Made by a program: the position numbers and the translations under genes. Below the pieces are notes generated by a model that saw only the letters and a list, made by a program, of their open reading frames with translations, did no database searches and was not told the DNA's origin. From positions 1 to 55,872 of the forward strand of contig JAQTSG010000001.1 in assembly GCA_028711415.1 (NCBI GenBank): a stretch of 55,872 nt of DNA, read 5' to 3'. The stretch is from Patescibacteria group bacterium. GTDB taxonomy: Bacteria > Patescibacteriota > Patescibacteriia > Patescibacteriales > JAQTRU01. The stretch's first letter is position 1; each line of letters starts with the position of its first letter. Of this stretch, positions 55,134 to 55,872 are shown in pieces.

Positions 55134-55685
55134 TTATTTTTTTATTAACTCATCAATCTGCCGGTACAATTCTTCCAGGGTGGAATTATTATTAATGGCC
55201 AGCTGGGCATGCTCCATTACTTTTGGGATTTCTAATTCCGCTTCCCCTTGCTCATCCTTCATAAATTCTTCGTAAGTTTTTTCCTGGTCATCCTGGTTTT
55301 CCGAGCGGGCAATGAGCCGCTGGTATCTTATTTCAGGGTCAGTTTCTATTCTGATCAGTTTAAATCCCGGCAGTTCCTGCAAATATTTTATATCATCAAG
55401 TCTTCTTACCCCGTCAATTACCAGGAGTTTTCCCGGATCGGACTTAATATCATTAGCCATTGCTTTAGCCAATAAGTCTTCACCGAATTTCTGCCTTAGA
55501 CATTCCGACATCGATTGCATATTGAAACGGTTCACTTCTAGGTGCAGTCTCTCTAAGATATCTCTAAGCATAGTGGAGAAGCGATAAGTGTTGGCGTTAT
55601 AATTATTTTTTAAATAGAGGGCGACCGTCCCTTTTCCGGCCGCTATTTTACCGGCCAGGCCGATAATTATTTTTTTGTCAGGCAT
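55134..55685 (-). CDS. P-loop nucleotide/nucleoside kinase-like protein (CoaE/dNMP kinase-like)
   Basis: IGLAGKIAAGKGT Walker A; 183 aa; specificity not assignable. Confidence 0.55.
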   Translation of the reverse strand: MPDKKIIIGLAGKIAAGKGTVALYLKNNYNANTYRFSTMLRDILERLHLEVNRFNMQSMSECLRQKFGEDLLAKAMANDIKSDPGKLLVIDGVRRLDDIKYLQELPGFKLIRIETDPEIRYQRLIARSENQDDQEKTYEEFMKDEQGEAELEIPKVMEHAQLAINNNSTLEELYRQIDELIKK

Positions 55686-55687
55686 AA

Positions 55688-55872
55688 TTAATAAATTACT
55701 TTGTATTTTACCATTATGGCGTTATCGTTTATTTTTTCCATTTCTTTAAGTTCAAGGTTAACATCAAAATCTTTATTAAAAAGAGAAAGGCCGTCGCCGA
55801 ATATCTTCGGTTCTATGGTCAAAATTATTTCAGAAATTAATTTTTTTTCTAAAAATAAAGAATTGATGAAGG
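55688..55872 (-). CDS. C-terminal fragment of a dihydrofolate reductase/RibD_C-family protein (continues beyond window)
   Basis: Manual minus-strand translation: ...LISEIILTIEPKIFGDGLSLFNKDFDVNLELKEMEKINDNAIMVKYKVIY*; not in the ORF track. Confidence 0.45.
   Translation of the reverse strand, partial: FINSLFLEKKLISEIILTIEPKIFGDGLSLFNKDFDVNLELKEMEKINDNAIMVKYKVIY

Overview
This is an AT-rich, gene-dense 55.9-kb chromosomal window from a small-genome bacterium. The gene content fits Candidate Phyla Radiation/Patescibacteria (Parcubacteria-like); this placement is inference. It rests on DUF5667-type and PEGA/beta-propeller secreted proteins, several GT2 and GT-C glycosyltransferases, a minimal NifS/IscU Fe-S cluster, an F-type ATP synthase operon, GroESL, nucleotide-salvage kinases and mostly Shine-Dalgarno-less starts. 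About 63 CDS are called. I saw no rRNA, tRNA, CRISPR array, transposase or integrase, and the standard genetic code is used (TGA is a stop). The window is unusual less for its genes than for its non-genic architecture. (1) Almost every operon boundary carries a long imperfect inverted repeat built from tandem heptamer words. The word is locus-specific and surrounds a conserved AAACAA(T) core. Pieces of these modules, and of GC-rich palindromes, sit in frame inside miaB, miaA, nifS, rarA, two glycosyltransferases and a large membrane protein. (2) An 18-copy GCATAAC microsatellite is present, and the same heptamer abuts the start codons of groES, groEL, ldt and iscU. (3) The atp operon has a tandemly duplicated promoter/leader with an extra c-subunit gene and Na+-type c-subunit signatures. 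An antisense, self-contained orphan gene cassette also splits atpG from atpD. (4) A set of orphan genes (23.6, 40-42.3, 48, 49.6 and 52.7 kb) have strong GGAGG ribosome-binding sites and mostly hairpin terminators, several also with consensus sigma70-like promoters, while housekeeping genes have no SD. Four consensus promoters are each followed by a leader or short transcript ending in an intrinsic terminator; three of these precede orphan genes. (5) A thymidylate kinase-dUTPase fusion is present. (6) A 26-bp perfect inverted repeat brackets a small membrane-protein gene. All coordinates of hairpins and repeats were read by eye and may be off by a few nt.
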